Shown here one piece after another: positions 63,556-64,000 of a stretch of DNA of 64,000 nt; the first letter of the stretch is position 1, and each line of letters begins with the position of its first letter. Source of the stretch: Corallococcus exiguus (GTDB taxonomy: Bacteria; Myxococcota; Myxococcia; Myxococcales; Myxococcaceae). Made by a program: the position numbers and the translations under genes. Where the stretch lies: the NCBI RefSeq assembly GCF_017302975.1, contig NZ_JAFIMT010000003.1; one strand, written 5' to 3'. A model generated the notes under the pieces. It was not told the DNA's origin, ran no database searches, and saw only the letters and a program-made list of their open reading frames with translations.

Positions 63556-64000
63556 TCACGCAGCCCAACCCAGTCGCAGCGCGCCCAGGCACAGGCCCGC
63601 CATGATCAGCCACAGCGCCACCGCCTGAGCGAGCGGACGAAGGCCCACCGCCCGCAGCGTTGCCCGCGTCAGCCCCGCCCCCAGCAGGAACAGCGTCACG
63701 ACGAGCAGTTGTCGAGCAACGGCCGCCACGCCCTGCCCCACCGGTTCGAGCGGCGGGAACACCGTCACGACCGCCGCCGCGCCGAGGAACCCGGCGATGA
63801 ACCATGGCCGGCGCACCCGACCCGTCACCTCGTGGCCATCGCGCCGGCGCCACGCGGCCAGGCCCACCGTCAGCGGGAGGATCCACAGGGCGCGCGCCAG
63901 CTTCACGGGCGTGGCTACCGCCAGGGCCTCGGGGCCGTAGCGCAGCGCCGCCCCCACCACGGAGCTCGTGTCGTGGATGGCCATCGCGCACCACAAGCCG
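63556..64000 (-). CDS. C-terminal part of a polytopic membrane protein, possibly YeiH/UPF0324 (putative sulfate exporter) family; gene continues beyond window end
   Basis: Hydrophobic helices with an AIHDTSSVVGAA segment. Sits opposite the LysR gene in the classic LysR-YeiH arrangement. Partial. Confidence 0.45.
   Translation of the reverse strand, partial: GLWCAMAIHDTSSVVGAALRYGPEALAVATPVKLARALWILPLTVGLAAWRRRDGHEVTGRVRRPWFIAGFLGAAAVVTVFPPLEPVGQGVAAVARQLLVVTLFLLGAGLTRATLRAVGLRPLAQAVALWLIMAGLCLGALRLGWAA

Noticed and set aside
1-64000. CRISPR arrays, tRNA/rRNA genes, transposases/integrases/phage genes
   Set aside because: Reading through the window I found no short regularly spaced direct repeats, no cloverleaf-like low-GC islands and no recognisable recombinase or transposase translations. 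The only repeats seen are the 21-bp in-gene repeats at about 38184..38246 and the tandem gene duplication at about 49862..50722.

Overview
High-GC (about 70%) chromosomal segment with the hallmarks of Myxococcota (Myxococcus/Corallococcus-like): many lipobox lipoproteins, a eukaryotic-like Ser/Thr kinase, multihaem cytochromes, and a BCKAD E1 alpha/beta pair resembling the M. xanthus esg locus. It carries about 50 tightly packed protein-coding genes. I saw no rRNA or tRNA, no CRISPR array, and no transposase, integrase or phage gene. The ORF track writes GTG starts as M (checked at 11..13 = gtg) and is full of long antisense shadow ORFs that come from GC-rich third codon positions. I therefore called genes from amino-acid composition, catalytic motifs, signal peptides and lipoboxes, Shine-Dalgarno sequences and gene spacing, and trimmed starts to in-frame ATG or GTG codons where the track extension looked artificial. 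Coordinates that I derived by reading the raw sequence (hairpins, repeats) may be off by 1 nt. Main modules, in order: (1) a MaoC dehydratase plus front-end (QxxHH) desaturase operon; (2) an Omp85/BamA-like barrel; (3) a three-gene multihaem c-type cytochrome and lipoprotein operon; (4) menA; (5) a TPR-Slt lytic transglycosylase; (6) a leaderless M28 peptidase; (7) a lipid-tailoring neighbourhood: a membrane desaturase divergent from a haem-oxygenase-like diiron-type protein, a DUF47-PiT phosphate pair, a B12 radical-SAM gene convergent with and overlapping a Delta9 acyl desaturase, and that desaturase in turn start/stop-overlapped with a 1433-aa tandem-cyclase/AAA/TPR signalling protein; (8) the most unusual feature: a 12-kb minus-strand gene string combining a HAMP-PP2C phosphatase, a TPR protein, a PhnD-like periplasmic binding protein, a TonB-dependent receptor, an RsbW-like GHKL ATPase and a membrane Hanks kinase whose N-terminus carries two STAS-like domains. 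This is a partner-switching kit without a sigma factor, wired to envelope uptake components; (9) esg-like BCKAD E1 alpha/beta; (10) an accessory secreted set: a GNAT, a PilZ, a Cys-rich lipoprotein, an SGNH hydrolase, a tandemly duplicated small secreted protein and a CotH-like lipoprotein; (11) ppc, an InhA-like M6 protease, a PAS-GAF histidine kinase, MltG, and a LysR/YeiH-like pair.
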